Shown piece by piece: positions 1 to 8,862 of a DNA stretch of 64,000 nucleotides. Numbering within the stretch: the stretch's first letter is position 1; every line of letters starts with the position of its first letter. The position numbers and the translations under genes are program-made. This DNA is from a virus (Duplodnaviria; Caudoviricetes), in the IMG/VR virus record IMGVR_UViG_3300009873_001322, positions 3,716 to 67,715 of that record. The stretch is one strand, 5' to 3'. Below the pieces are notes generated by a model, which made no database searches, was not told where the DNA came from, and worked only from the letters and a program-made list of their open reading frames with translations.

Positions 1-166
1 CAACATGGCATGTCAGACCGCGCCGAACCTTTTCATACCGTACCAAACCCATTCGTACCCGACCTATCCCAACCGCATCAAAACAGACCTTACCATACAT
101 TACCTGACCGTGCCGGGTCTCAGAAAGCCGCTCCCTAGCTAACCCAACCAAACCTAAGCATTTCAT
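1..166 (-). CDS. Low-complexity R/G/V pentapeptide-repeat protein, partial (runs off the window)
   Basis: ATG overlaps the RHH stop (TAATG); hand translation MKCLGLVGLARERLSETRHGQVMYGKVCFDAVGIGRVRMGLVRYEKVRRG; plus strand has ACCxxACC-type 5-nt periodicity. Confidence 0.35.
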   Translation of the reverse strand, partial: MKCLGLVGLARERLSETRHGQVMYGKVCFDAVGIGRVRMGLVRYEKVRRGLTCHV

Positions 167-303
167 TATTTATTTTCTCTGTATTCATCTATTATTCTGC
201 GTATTACCTCAGAAACGCTTACCCCAAGATGCTTTGCCCTTGTTCGCAAAAATATCATCTGTGGTCGCGTGAAAGCGACCATACGTTTTAATAAAGTATC
301 CAT
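166..303 (-). CDS. Ribbon-helix-helix (CopG-like) DNA-binding protein, 45 aa
   Basis: MDTLLKRMVAFTRPQMIFLRTRAKHLGVSVSEVIRRIIDEY has the beta-strand plus helix-G-x-S-helix RHH pattern; internal ATG of track ORF 166..375. Confidence 0.75.
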   Translation of the reverse strand: MDTLLKRMVAFTRPQMIFLRTRAKHLGVSVSEVIRRIIDEYRENK

Positions 304-334
304 GAGGTAACTATAGGTACTGCGATTTATGAAG

Positions 335-1621
335 TCAAGAATTTTTTTCCATAAACTTACCAAGTATACCGACAACGTATTCTTGCACCGGATAGCTAAT
401 GTCCTGATGGCAGCCTATCGCAAATCCACGCTGCATAATGGTGTCGCAGTTTTCCAGCGATCCAGCTATCCGATGCTCATAATGCTTTAAAGCCGGATGC
501 CTGGCCATATTCCCAGCGATAATAGGGCGTGTCTCGACGCCGTTTTCCTGCAAGAATTTGGTTATCTCTTTTACTGAGAATTTGCACCGGTCGGTTAGGG
601 TGATGCAGAACCCAAACCAGCTTGGTTCGGAGTTTTCCTGTCTTTCCTGAAAACGGAAATAGTCGCTGTATTTTTCCAGTTCGACGCGGTATTTATTATA
701 CGCCCTCCGCCGCATCCTGATGAACTCTCCTAATTTGGGGAGTTGCTTCATGCCGATTACCGCCTGCACTTCGGTCGGTCGCAAATTGTAGCCAATATTG
801 ACAAAGATGAAGCGGGGGTCGATTCTAGGGTATTGCTTTACATAGTCTTCGTGGTCGTCTGCCTCCCTGCTCCATCCGTGCGCGCGGAGAATCCGTAACA
901 GATTTACGAGTTCATGATTCTTTACGAAGCACAGGCCGCCCTCAAAGGTGGTCATGTGATGGGAATAATAGAGACTCATGGTGCCGATGTCGCCGAACGT
1001 ACCGACTGGTTTGCTGCGGAACGTCGCACCCATGCTCTCGCATGTATCTTCAATTACCCACAAGCTATGATTTTGCGCCAGGTTCATAATGATGTCCATA
1101 TCGCAGGGATTTCCATAGACATGAACTACCATGATAGCGCGAGTTTTTTGGGTTATCGCCGCTTCGAGTTTTTTGTAATCGAAATTATAGGTCGCAAGGT
1201 CGCAATCCACAAATACGGGGATAAGCCCATGCTGGATGATAGGCCATACCGATGTCGCCCAGGATAGCGCCGGGACGATTACCTCATCACCTGGCTTCAG
1301 GTGATTCATCCATGCCGGATTTGAGAGCGCTGCGATAGCGAGCAGGTTAGCCGACGATCCGGAGTTGCACATCAGGCTGTGGGCGGAACCGAAATAATCC
1401 GCGCACTGGCTCTCGAATTCACGAACCTTAGCGCCCATCGTTACTTGCGTCGTGCGCATCTGCTCGCAGGCGGCTTGGATTTCTTCTTCGCCGAAAGTGG
1501 GCTCGTGTAGGCGTACTGTCATTATGGCATCTCTCTTATTCTTCGCTTCAGCTAGCGAACGAAGATACCCATCTGGATCATTTTTATATGCTGGAATGTT
1601 TTTAAGAGCTTCGATTACCAT
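335..1621 (-). CDS. colD: PLP-dependent GDP-4-keto-6-deoxy-sugar 3-dehydratase (ColD/RfbH-like, DegT/DnrJ family)
   Basis: NSGSSANLL, VPALSWAT, EDTCES motifs; SLYYSHHMTTFEGG has His at the position where aminotransferases have the Schiff-base Lys. Confidence 0.85.
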   Translation of the reverse strand: MVIEALKNIPAYKNDPDGYLRSLAEAKNKRDAIMTVRLHEPTFGEEEIQAACEQMRTTQVTMGAKVREFESQCADYFGSAHSLMCNSGSSANLLAIAALSNPAWMNHLKPGDEVIVPALSWATSVWPIIQHGLIPVFVDCDLATYNFDYKKLEAAITQKTRAIMVVHVYGNPCDMDIIMNLAQNHSLWVIEDTCESMGATFRSKPVGTFGDIGTMSLYYSHHMTTFEGGLCFVKNHELVNLLRILRAHGWSREADDHEDYVKQYPRIDPRFIFVNIGYNLRPTEVQAVIGMKQLPKLGEFIRMRRRAYNKYRVELEKYSDYFRFQERQENSEPSWFGFCITLTDRCKFSVKEITKFLQENGVETRPIIAGNMARHPALKHYEHRIAGSLENCDTIMQRGFAIGCHQDISYPVQEYVVGILGKFMEKNS

Positions 1622-1623
1622 AC

Positions 1624-2625
1624 CTACCTCGTCAAAAATTTATTTGTTTCCACACGATCTCGCCAGTACATCATCAGATCGTTCATCGTTTGTTCAAATG
1701 GTATCTGCGGTTTCCATCCGGTGTGCTTGGTGAACTTCTCACAGTTGGGCACTTGCAAATCAGCATCAATGGGTCGCAGACGATCCGGATCTTCCTCGAT
1801 AATGAACGCCAATGGAGATAGCGACATGAGATGCCTGAGTGTGCTCTCCACGGTGCAGGTATAATCCCCGCCGATATTATAGTACGCCCCCGGAATGGGA
1901 TTTACGGTAAGCAGCATATGATACGCGCGTACGGCATCGCGCGCGTCGGCATAGGTGCGCAGAGATTTAAGGTTTCCGACTTTAATAACGGCGTCGGTCT
2001 GTCCCGCTTCGGCCATAGCTATTTGTTTGGCGAAGCTGGATTCGTGAAAAACATCGCCCCGGCGCGGGCCGGTGTGGCTAAACATGCGCGTGGTTTGCAC
2101 GTTCATCCTATAAGCCTCGGCATAAAAGCGCCCGATTAGATCGGTTCCGACTTTGGAGATGGCGTAAGGGCTGGCTGGATTTATGGGAGCATCTTCATTG
2201 ATGGGTAAGATTTCTTTTGGCACTCTGCCAAATATTTCGCTACTTGAGCACACGTGTATAATTGATTCAGGAGCGTATTGGCGTAGAGCTTCAAGTATCC
2301 GTGATGTGCCGGAAATATTTGTCTCGTAGGTATCGAGCGGAGAGGTGAAGCTCGTTTTAGGATATGACTGTGCGGCGAGGTGAAATACATAATCAGGTAA
2401 GCATTCTCGTATGGCTTGATTGATTGAATCTGAATCTCGCAAGTCCCCATAGAGCAGCCTAACACGATCACTCGCGTTGATTCGTGGCAAAAGATGCTCG
2501 ATGTTATCGAGAGGGCTTCTCCATCTGATGAGTCCATAAATCTCCCAATCCGTGTTTTCCAAAAGGTAATCGGCTAAGTGGCTTCCGACGAAGCCGGTAA
2601 TTCCAGTGATGAGGCAGCGGGTCAT
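1624..2625 (-). CDS. wcbK: GDP-heptose (GDP-mannose-type) 4,6-dehydratase, WcbK/DmhA-like SDR
   Basis: GITGFVGSHL, HLAAQSYPKTSF, SPYAISK (YxxxK), LRPIDADLQVP; closely resembles Burkholderia WcbK as recalled; start MTRCL overlaps the upstream stop (ATGA). Confidence 0.85.
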   Translation of the reverse strand: MTRCLITGITGFVGSHLADYLLENTDWEIYGLIRWRSPLDNIEHLLPRINASDRVRLLYGDLRDSDSINQAIRECLPDYVFHLAAQSYPKTSFTSPLDTYETNISGTSRILEALRQYAPESIIHVCSSSEIFGRVPKEILPINEDAPINPASPYAISKVGTDLIGRFYAEAYRMNVQTTRMFSHTGPRRGDVFHESSFAKQIAMAEAGQTDAVIKVGNLKSLRTYADARDAVRAYHMLLTVNPIPGAYYNIGGDYTCTVESTLRHLMSLSPLAFIIEEDPDRLRPIDADLQVPNCEKFTKHTGWKPQIPFEQTMNDLMMYWRDRVETNKFLTR

Positions 2626-3200
2626 TCCACCCTCTCCTTCGCTTCCTCGTACCCTTGCGGCGTACCCATGTCTGTAAACCAATCTATAATATAAAATTTC
2701 TTCTGCATCGACATGACGAATGCTTCAAAGGAGAATGCGCCTTTTGGTGCCTTATTTAGCAATTCGGGATTGATGATATAAACACCGGCGCTGGTCATGC
2801 ACCCTTTATTTTGCGTCACAGCGACCGTCAGGGGCGGTATATGATTTGCCAGCATATCGTTGAAATCACAGTTCGCATAAGTATCGCCATTTAAAACAAG
2901 CACAGGCTCATTGCCTTCGACGCAGTTCTTGATAGCCCCGCCGGTTCCCAGCGGCTTGCTCTCAATTTTATATTTTAGCTTGTCTCCGAACCATTCCGTG
3001 AACACCTCGGCCTTATAATGAAGGGCGAGCGTAATATCGGTAATGCCCTGTTTTTTTAATTGCCTTATAATTATTTCCAGCCACGGTATATCTCTCGTGC
3101 CGGGGCGAAACATTCCCTTGACCATGCACTTGGGAATTTCTTCTCCGGTTATCGAGCGAAGCCTGGTGCCGAAGCCGCCCGCGAGAATGATACACTTCAT
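2622..3200 (-). CDS. hddC: Sugar-1-phosphate nucleotidyltransferase, HddC/WcbM-like (heptose-1-P guanylyltransferase)
   Basis: IILAGGFGTRL, PKCM, PLGTGGAI, VLNGDTY, DMGTP motifs; located between gmhA and the dehydratase. Confidence 0.8.
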   Translation of the reverse strand: MKCIILAGGFGTRLRSITGEEIPKCMVKGMFRPGTRDIPWLEIIIRQLKKQGITDITLALHYKAEVFTEWFGDKLKYKIESKPLGTGGAIKNCVEGNEPVLVLNGDTYANCDFNDMLANHIPPLTVAVTQNKGCMTSAGVYIINPELLNKAPKGAFSFEAFVMSMQKKFYIIDWFTDMGTPQGYEEAKERVE

Positions 3201-3700
3201 TGCGCGAATATCCTTCTCTCAATCATTCCACAGTAAATATGTCCCATCTTCATATGGTATTCCTGTATTTCCTGCGTGTTGTCGGTATCAGCTTGAAGTA
3301 ATATGTGGCACATTCTAACCATCTTCCCTCCGGTTTTCCCGGTTTTTCCGATTACAGTAATTCCACGCGCTGCTGCTATCTCGATTGCTTTGAGAATATT
3401 CGGAGAATTGCCAGATGTTGACATGGCGATAAGCACATCGCCGCGTTTTCCCAGTGCCGTGATTTGGCGGGAAAATACATGCTCAAACCCATAATCATTT
3501 CCGATGGCGGTGAGGATTGATGTGTCGGTTGTTAATGCTATTGCGGCTAGAGGAGGTCGATCAAAATTTAATTTTCCGACAAGTTCCGCCGCCAGATGTT
3601 GCGCATCTGCTGCACTTCCACCATTGCCACAAAATAAAATTTTTCCACCTGCGAGAAGCGAATTGATGCAAGTGTTGGCAATGATGTCGGGAGTTGTCAT
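3197..3700 (-). CDS. gmhA: Phosphoheptose (sedoheptulose-7-P) isomerase
   Basis: CGNGGSAADAQHLAAEL, NDYGFEHVFSRQ, STSGNSPN, IQEYH motifs. Confidence 0.95.
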   Translation of the reverse strand: MTTPDIIANTCINSLLAGGKILFCGNGGSAADAQHLAAELVGKLNFDRPPLAAIALTTDTSILTAIGNDYGFEHVFSRQITALGKRGDVLIAMSTSGNSPNILKAIEIAAARGITVIGKTGKTGGKMVRMCHILLQADTDNTQEIQEYHMKMGHIYCGMIERRIFAQ

Positions 3701-3834
3701 CTCTTATCCATATGCTCATCTATAATTCTACGAAGAACATCTGCGATGCTTGTGCCGAGATCATCTGCTTTATTTTTTAGATATTCCATTTGTCTCCTTG
3801 TGAGAGAAAATGTGCGACGTAAGAATGCTTCCAT
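3697..3834 (-). CDS. Ribbon-helix-helix DNA-binding protein, 45 aa (below the ORF-track cutoff)
   Basis: Hand translation MEAFLRRTFSLTRRQMEYLKNKADDLGTSIADVLRRIIDEHMDKR; AAGGA RBS; stop overlaps the gmhA ATG. Confidence 0.75.
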   Translation of the reverse strand: MEAFLRRTFSLTRRQMEYLKNKADDLGTSIADVLRRIIDEHMDKR

Positions 3835-3841
3835 GTGGTTC

Positions 3842-3870
3842 CTTTAAGCACCCAACGCACTGATTGTCAA
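3842..3870 (-). promoter_or_regulatory. Putative sigma70-type promoter for the heptose cassette
   Basis: Minus strand TTGACA-N17-TTAAAG upstream of the RHH gene; -10 match is weak. Confidence 0.4.
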
Positions 3871-3976
3871 ATGCTAATCACATTTATTCCTTTACTTAAT
3901 AATTATTTTATGCGATTATTCCGTCAACGTAAGCAAAAGACTTACGAAAAAGAATTCCTGTTAAGGGAACAGTTTG

Positions 3977-4828
3977 ATGGCCGAAGAGATTGCAAATTCA
4001 ACGCCTGCCGCTCCAGCGGCCTCATCTGCAACTCCCGTGGTTGAGGCCGCTCCTACCGTCGAAGCAACCCCCGTGGTTGAACCGACAGTTACCCCTGATC
4101 CTTCCAAACCAGAATCCACTCCTTCTGCTGAACCTGTAAAAACAGAGACAGAAGAACCAGCTAAACCAGAAGCGACTCCAGAGGCAAAAGCTGAAGAGAA
4201 AAAAGCCGATACGTTGCTCGGTGGAGAAAAAAAGCCGGAGGTCAAAGCCGATGACAAACCAGCGGAAGCCAAGCCGGAAGAAACTCCATCTGAAACCAAA
4301 GAACCAGAAATTAAACTTCCTGAGTATGAGCCTTTTAAACTTCCGGAAGATGTTCGGTTCGATCAGGAAAAGATGGGTGAGTTCACTAAAGCCCTCGCCG
4401 AATTTGAAACAACGACAAAAGCATCTCACGAAGAAGTCCAAAAATTCGGTCAGGGTTTAATTGACCGCCATATCGCCGAGGTCAACAGCACTCTGGAACG
4501 CTATACCCAATCGCTTACCGATGCGTGGAATAAACAGAAAACCGATTGGAAGGATGCTTTCATTAAAGATCCGGAGTTTGCCAACCGTACCGATACCGTG
4601 GTTAATGCCGCCATTGACGCTATCGGCATTTATGGTGGTGACTCAAAGCAGCAGCAGGAATTCCGTGAATTAATGGAATCCACTGGAATTGGAAATCATC
4701 CGGCAATGATTCGTCTGCTCTCTAATATCATGCTGGCAAAAGCCGAGCCGAAACCGCTTGCGGCACCGAAAATCGCGCCGAAGGTCGGTGGTAGTAAGCT
4801 AGAAAAAATGTACGGGAGGAAAGCATGA
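3977..4828 (+). CDS. Capsid scaffolding protein
   Basis: P/E/A-rich N-terminus, WKDAFIKDPEF and GIGNHPAMIRLL motifs typical of podovirus scaffolds; upstream of major capsid. Confidence 0.8.
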   Translation: MAEEIANSTPAAPAASSATPVVEAAPTVEATPVVEPTVTPDPSKPESTPSAEPVKTETEEPAKPEATPEAKAEEKKADTLLGGEKKPEVKADDKPAEAKPEETPSETKEPEIKLPEYEPFKLPEDVRFDQEKMGEFTKALAEFETTTKASHEEVQKFGQGLIDRHIAEVNSTLERYTQSLTDAWNKQKTDWKDAFIKDPEFANRTDTVVNAAIDAIGIYGGDSKQQQEFRELMESTGIGNHPAMIRLLSNIMLAKAEPKPLAAPKIAPKVGGSKLEKMYGRKA

Positions 4829-5478
4829 GTGCTGTTCTCCAGATGGTTGAGAAGACAAAGGTTTGTAGCAAATGCAGGCAGAGTAAGTATATTTTGGAAT
4901 TTGGTAAACATAAGATCGCATCGGATGGTCTTCGCCCTTCTTGTAATGCATGCCGTCATGCCGAATACAAAGCTAGGCGCGCTGCCGCCGGTAAGACTAG
5001 AGATGAGCGTCAAACCGTTGAGCTCATCGATGGCGGGCGAGTCTGCCTGACTTGTAACGAAGGGAAAATGTGGGCTGAATTTGCCAAAGATATTCGTGGC
5101 TATAATGAGAAAACGGCGACTTGCAAAACTTGTCGTAACGTGAAGTCACGGCAAATCTATCGCGATAATCCCGCTGTTCGCCGTAGTGGCATGATCAACC
5201 GCCCAGACAAACTAAAGCGGTTGTACGGGCTGACTTACGCAGCTTTGGTCGCAATGCTGGAAAAACAGTTCGGCCTATGTGCAAACGTTGGTTGCGGAAA
5301 ATCAATATCGTTAGATGTAAAAGGGCCTGTGAAAAGCCGGGCGGTCGTAGACCATTGTCATACTACTGGGAAAGTACGGGGGCTATTATGCACGAAATGC
5401 AATCTTGATTTAGGCATGATCGAGAACGGCATTCAACGTTTTAATGGTCTGATGGGTTATTTAGGCAAACACAACTAA
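4825..5478 (+). CDS. Endonuclease VII-like homing endonuclease
   Basis: VVDHCHTTGKVRGLLCTKCN motif; N-terminal CxxC pairs; inserted between scaffold and capsid genes. Confidence 0.85.
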   Translation: MSAVLQMVEKTKVCSKCRQSKYILEFGKHKIASDGLRPSCNACRHAEYKARRAAAGKTRDERQTVELIDGGRVCLTCNEGKMWAEFAKDIRGYNEKTATCKTCRNVKSRQIYRDNPAVRRSGMINRPDKLKRLYGLTYAALVAMLEKQFGLCANVGCGKSISLDVKGPVKSRAVVDHCHTTGKVRGLLCTKCNLDLGMIENGIQRFNGLMGYLGKHN

Positions 5479-5491
5479 GGAGCTTAATTAT

Positions 5492-6544
5492 ATGGTTTTT
5501 ACAGCGAACGTGCTTCCCAATCTGGTAGATTGGGCAAAGATGCAAGATCCCGATGGCGCAATTGCTGACATTGCGGAGCTCCTTGCTCAATGCAATGAGG
5601 TAATGAAAGATATTATCTGGCAGGAAGGCAATTTGCCCACCGGCCACCGCACCTCCATCCGCGTCGGTCTGCCGCAGGGCACATGGCGCTCGGCTAACGT
5701 CGGTGTTGCTTCTACGAAGCCGCTACAAGCCCAGTTCGATATCACCATTGGCGAACTTGTTTCCTACAGCCTCGTCGATAAATCCATCGCCGTATTGAAT
5801 GGCAACGTGGATAAATTCCGCTATTCCCAGGATATGGCGCAGGTGCAGGGATTGGGTCAACAGGTTGCGACCGCCATTTTCTACTCCAATGAAGCGGTCA
5901 ACCCGGCGCAATTCACCGGATTCTTCCCTTATTATAACTCCATCTCCACCGCTACCGCCCAGAGCGCTGTGAACGTCATCGACGGTGGCGGCACTGGTAG
6001 CTCGAATGCTTCCATTCTGCTCACCGGTTGGGGTGATGATACGACCTTCATGGTATTCCCGAAAGGCTCGACCGCTGGCCTAGTCTATGAAGACAAGGGC
6101 GATGTGCGCGCGCTCTATGACAGCAACGGCAATCAGTACGAAGGCTTCACCTCGTATTTCTGCTGGAAGCTGGGTCTTTGCCCAAAGAACTGGGAGTACA
6201 ACGTCCGTATCGCCAACCTGGATACCACCAGTGCTGGCTTGGCTGGCACATCGCCGCCTGATTTGTATGTGCTGATGTCGATGGCCGCTAACAAGCTGCC
6301 GACCGCCACGCGCCGCCTGTCCGGCATTACCGAAGTGGATTCTCCGACCGATCCTTCACCTGGTATTCTGCCCGCTTGGTATTGTAACCGTACTGTGCGT
6401 ACATACCTCGACATTCAGGCTATCCGCGATAAAAACGTCCTGATTTCGATGAACGATTACGCCGGTCAGCCGGTCATGCATTTCCGCGAGATACCGATTC
6501 GCGTGAACGACGTAATGACCAATACCGAAAGCACGTTAACCTAA
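5492..6544 (+). CDS. Major capsid protein (epsilon15 gp7/BPP-1 Bbp17-like, HK97 fold)
   Basis: DWAKMQDPDG, EGNLPTGH, GLPQGTWR, IRIANLD motifs; 350 aa. Confidence 0.9.
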   Translation: MVFTANVLPNLVDWAKMQDPDGAIADIAELLAQCNEVMKDIIWQEGNLPTGHRTSIRVGLPQGTWRSANVGVASTKPLQAQFDITIGELVSYSLVDKSIAVLNGNVDKFRYSQDMAQVQGLGQQVATAIFYSNEAVNPAQFTGFFPYYNSISTATAQSAVNVIDGGGTGSSNASILLTGWGDDTTFMVFPKGSTAGLVYEDKGDVRALYDSNGNQYEGFTSYFCWKLGLCPKNWEYNVRIANLDTTSAGLAGTSPPDLYVLMSMAANKLPTATRRLSGITEVDSPTDPSPGILPAWYCNRTVRTYLDIQAIRDKNVLISMNDYAGQPVMHFREIPIRVNDVMTNTESTLT

Positions 6545-6577
6545 TGTCTGCGACATTTTACATAAGGAGTTCTGAAC

Positions 6578-7108
6578 ATGGCATTTTATGATAATTCGCT
6601 TCTGCTGTCGAATGCGCAGTCGCTCGCAGGCGCGGCGACCACGGTAATCTCGACCAGCACCTATGATATTACCGGCGCTGGTTCCGGCACTGCTCCAAGC
6701 ATGGTTTGGGGCACGAGCACATTCCTTGCCGCAGATGTCATGGTCGGACGCCCGATGTACGCCTATTTCACGGTGACAACGGCGTTCTCCGCTACCACGG
6801 CTTTAACGGTGAGAATTCAAGCTGCCGCTCCAGCTACCGGCAACGTGCCTGGCACATGGGTTAATATTTACCAGAGCGCCGCCTTTACTGGAGCCACCGA
6901 CTTGGCTGCTGCCGCTCAGTTAGTAGTTCCCATCCCGCCCAAGCCGCTTCTTGGCAGCGCATTGCCGCGTTTCTATCGGTTTGCCTATGTAAATACCACG
7001 GCGGCTACTTTCTCCGCAGGTGCGTTTACTGCCGGTATCCTGCTGGATGCGCCGACGGGCATGGTCAGCACGCTGTATCCGAGCAACTTTGTTAGCGCCA
7101 GTGCATAA
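6578..7108 (+). CDS. Capsid cement/decoration protein (Bbp16-like)
   Basis: Beta-rich 176 aa immediately after the major capsid gene; PRFYRFAYV-like motif. Confidence 0.65.
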   Translation: MAFYDNSLLLSNAQSLAGAATTVISTSTYDITGAGSGTAPSMVWGTSTFLAADVMVGRPMYAYFTVTTAFSATTALTVRIQAAAPATGNVPGTWVNIYQSAAFTGATDLAAAAQLVVPIPPKPLLGSALPRFYRFAYVNTTAATFSAGAFTAGILLDAPTGMVSTLYPSNFVSASA

Positions 7109-7124
7109 CATTTAGGAGTAAATT

Positions 7125-7637
7125 ATGAGACATAATTTCCAAAGCGATCTCTCCCCGGTTCCGCCCAAGATGTATGCGGCACCGGAAATTCCGAAGAACG
7201 TCGCATGTTATCGGATCCTGCGTCCATGCTTCCTGGATGATATCATGTTTTATGAAGGTGATGTCGTCACTTGGTCGGAGGAACCCAATAGCGAGATGGA
7301 GCCTCTCAATGATTTAGCTCGCAAAGCTAGCGATGCGTTTTTCGATAAATGCGAAGAACTGGGCAAACTGGCAGCTAAAGAAAAAGGCAAATCGTTTGTT
7401 CCGGTTCAGCGCCCCTTCTCTGAGCGCCGTAGGAATAACACCGCTGAAACTCGCCGCGTGGAACTAGTCAAGGGCGATGGAGGCGTGCCGATTATGGGCG
7501 CGCGCAAAGGCCCAGGGCGTCCTCCCAAGGCACAGAAACTTGAGGTTTCCAAGATAGAGCAGAAGCCAGTTTCTGATCTTGCCCGTACCGGCAAGGCGGC
7601 TGCCAATGCAGTGAAAGATAATAAGATTGACAGTTAA
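7125..7637 (+). CDS. Hypothetical protein (head module)
   Basis: Strong GGAG RBS; 170 aa ORF in the operon. Confidence 0.7.
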   Translation: MRHNFQSDLSPVPPKMYAAPEIPKNVACYRILRPCFLDDIMFYEGDVVTWSEEPNSEMEPLNDLARKASDAFFDKCEELGKLAAKEKGKSFVPVQRPFSERRRNNTAETRRVELVKGDGGVPIMGARKGPGRPPKAQKLEVSKIEQKPVSDLARTGKAAANAVKDNKIDS

Positions 7638-7656
7638 TTTGGTGGATGCTGCTAAA

Positions 7657-7776
7657 ATGGAAGCTAAAAAAAATAAGTTCATCAAAAAAGCTATGGTTGC
7701 GGCAAAGAAAAAGCCGAAGAAAAAGCCGATGGCCGAGCGGATGAAGTCTATGTACGGTAAGAAAAATGGCTACTAA
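7657..7776 (+). CDS. Small Lys-rich protein, 39 aa
   Basis: Hand translation MEAKKNKFIKKAMVAAKKKPKKKPMAERMKSMYGKKNGY; fills the gap and overlaps the next start. Confidence 0.55.
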   Translation: MEAKKNKFIKKAMVAAKKKPKKKPMAERMKSMYGKKNGY

Positions 7777-8125
7777 GGAAGCTAGACACAAGCGCCTGTA
7801 TAAAGACTCCCCAAAGATGGAGAGGGGCGAAGACGGCAACATGAAGGCGGTTAAACCTTCTCAGAAAAAAGGTCCGACGGAGGCCGAAAAAGAATCGGAT
7901 GAGGTACAAGCTGGCACAGACGGCATGAAGGTAACTGAGGCCGAGAGTGCTCGTATCCAGGAAATAAAGGATATGCATTCTAGGCATCAGAAGGAGATGG
8001 AGGCAATCCATAAGCGGCATCAGAAAGAAGATGTGAAGAAATACGAGAAAACCGAGCATGACAGCGATAATAATGAATCGGCTGGTGCTGGTGAAAAAGA
8101 AATAAAAGAAGCAGAAAAGGAATAG
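7766..8125 (+). CDS. Charged hypothetical protein
   Basis: 119 aa ORF in the operon, K/E-rich. Confidence 0.65.
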   Translation: MATKEARHKRLYKDSPKMERGEDGNMKAVKPSQKKGPTEAEKESDEVQAGTDGMKVTEAESARIQEIKDMHSRHQKEMEAIHKRHQKEDVKKYEKTEHDSDNNESAGAGEKEIKEAEKE

Positions 8126-8128
8126 GTT

Positions 8129-8815
8129 ATGGCTCTTGAAGGCACAGAGATTTTAGAAGTCCAAGGCATAGCCGCCAACGGGATGCCTTCTGGTCAAACC
8201 TTCCAGACGACCACTGGAGAGATTGCTGACTTAGCCTCTCTTACGAGCAACAATGAAGTAGCAACCGCTCTTAATACCGTAGGTGCTGGTACGATTACGG
8301 CTGCTGGTATCGTTGGCATGGTAACGGTTCGCGGCGGCGCGCAATTAAGTGCTGCTTTTACTGATACCACCGCTACGGCTGCTCAGATTACGGCGGCGCT
8401 TCCAGATGGTGCGGCTGTCGGGACATCTTTCCGCTGGACATATGTAAATAATACGAATGCTCCGGCTACCATCTCTGCTGGCAGCAATGTTACCGTTTCG
8501 GTGATTACGGTTGTTCCCCCTAACAGCTATGCGAAGTGGCTGGTTACGAAAGATTCGGCTACCACCTATACCTTCGTTGGCATAGAGCAGGGCTATTTTC
8601 CGCATGGTGGCACCTACACATCAATTGGCACCGCTCCGGTAACCATCTCGGATACGAATGTCACCACATATTCGCAGATTAGTTTTACGCTGCGTAGCGT
8701 TGGCGGCACCATCGTCGGCTATCCGGTTGTCACCTCAATGATACCTGGCACCAGTTTTGCCGTAAGAGCGGGTACAACCGATTTGTCCGTGTACAACTAT
8801 AACATTCTTGGTTAA
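8129..8815 (+). CDS. Thr/Ala/Ser-rich beta-structured virion protein (head decoration/fibre candidate)
   Basis: Composition and position within the head module. Confidence 0.6.
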   Translation: MALEGTEILEVQGIAANGMPSGQTFQTTTGEIADLASLTSNNEVATALNTVGAGTITAAGIVGMVTVRGGAQLSAAFTDTTATAAQITAALPDGAAVGTSFRWTYVNNTNAPATISAGSNVTVSVITVVPPNSYAKWLVTKDSATTYTFVGIEQGYFPHGGTYTSIGTAPVTISDTNVTTYSQISFTLRSVGGTIVGYPVVTSMIPGTSFAVRAGTTDLSVYNYNILG

Positions 8816-8827
8816 GTCACTTTTTGC

Positions 8828-8856
8828 TTGACGGTTCTTAAAAGCACCCATAGTAA
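8828..8856 (+). promoter_or_regulatory. Sigma70-type promoter giving a near-leaderless transcript of the first glycosyltransferase
   Basis: TTGACG-N17-TAGTAA; GTG start ~7 nt downstream; no Shine-Dalgarno. Confidence 0.5.
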
Positions 8857-8862
8857 TGGTGT

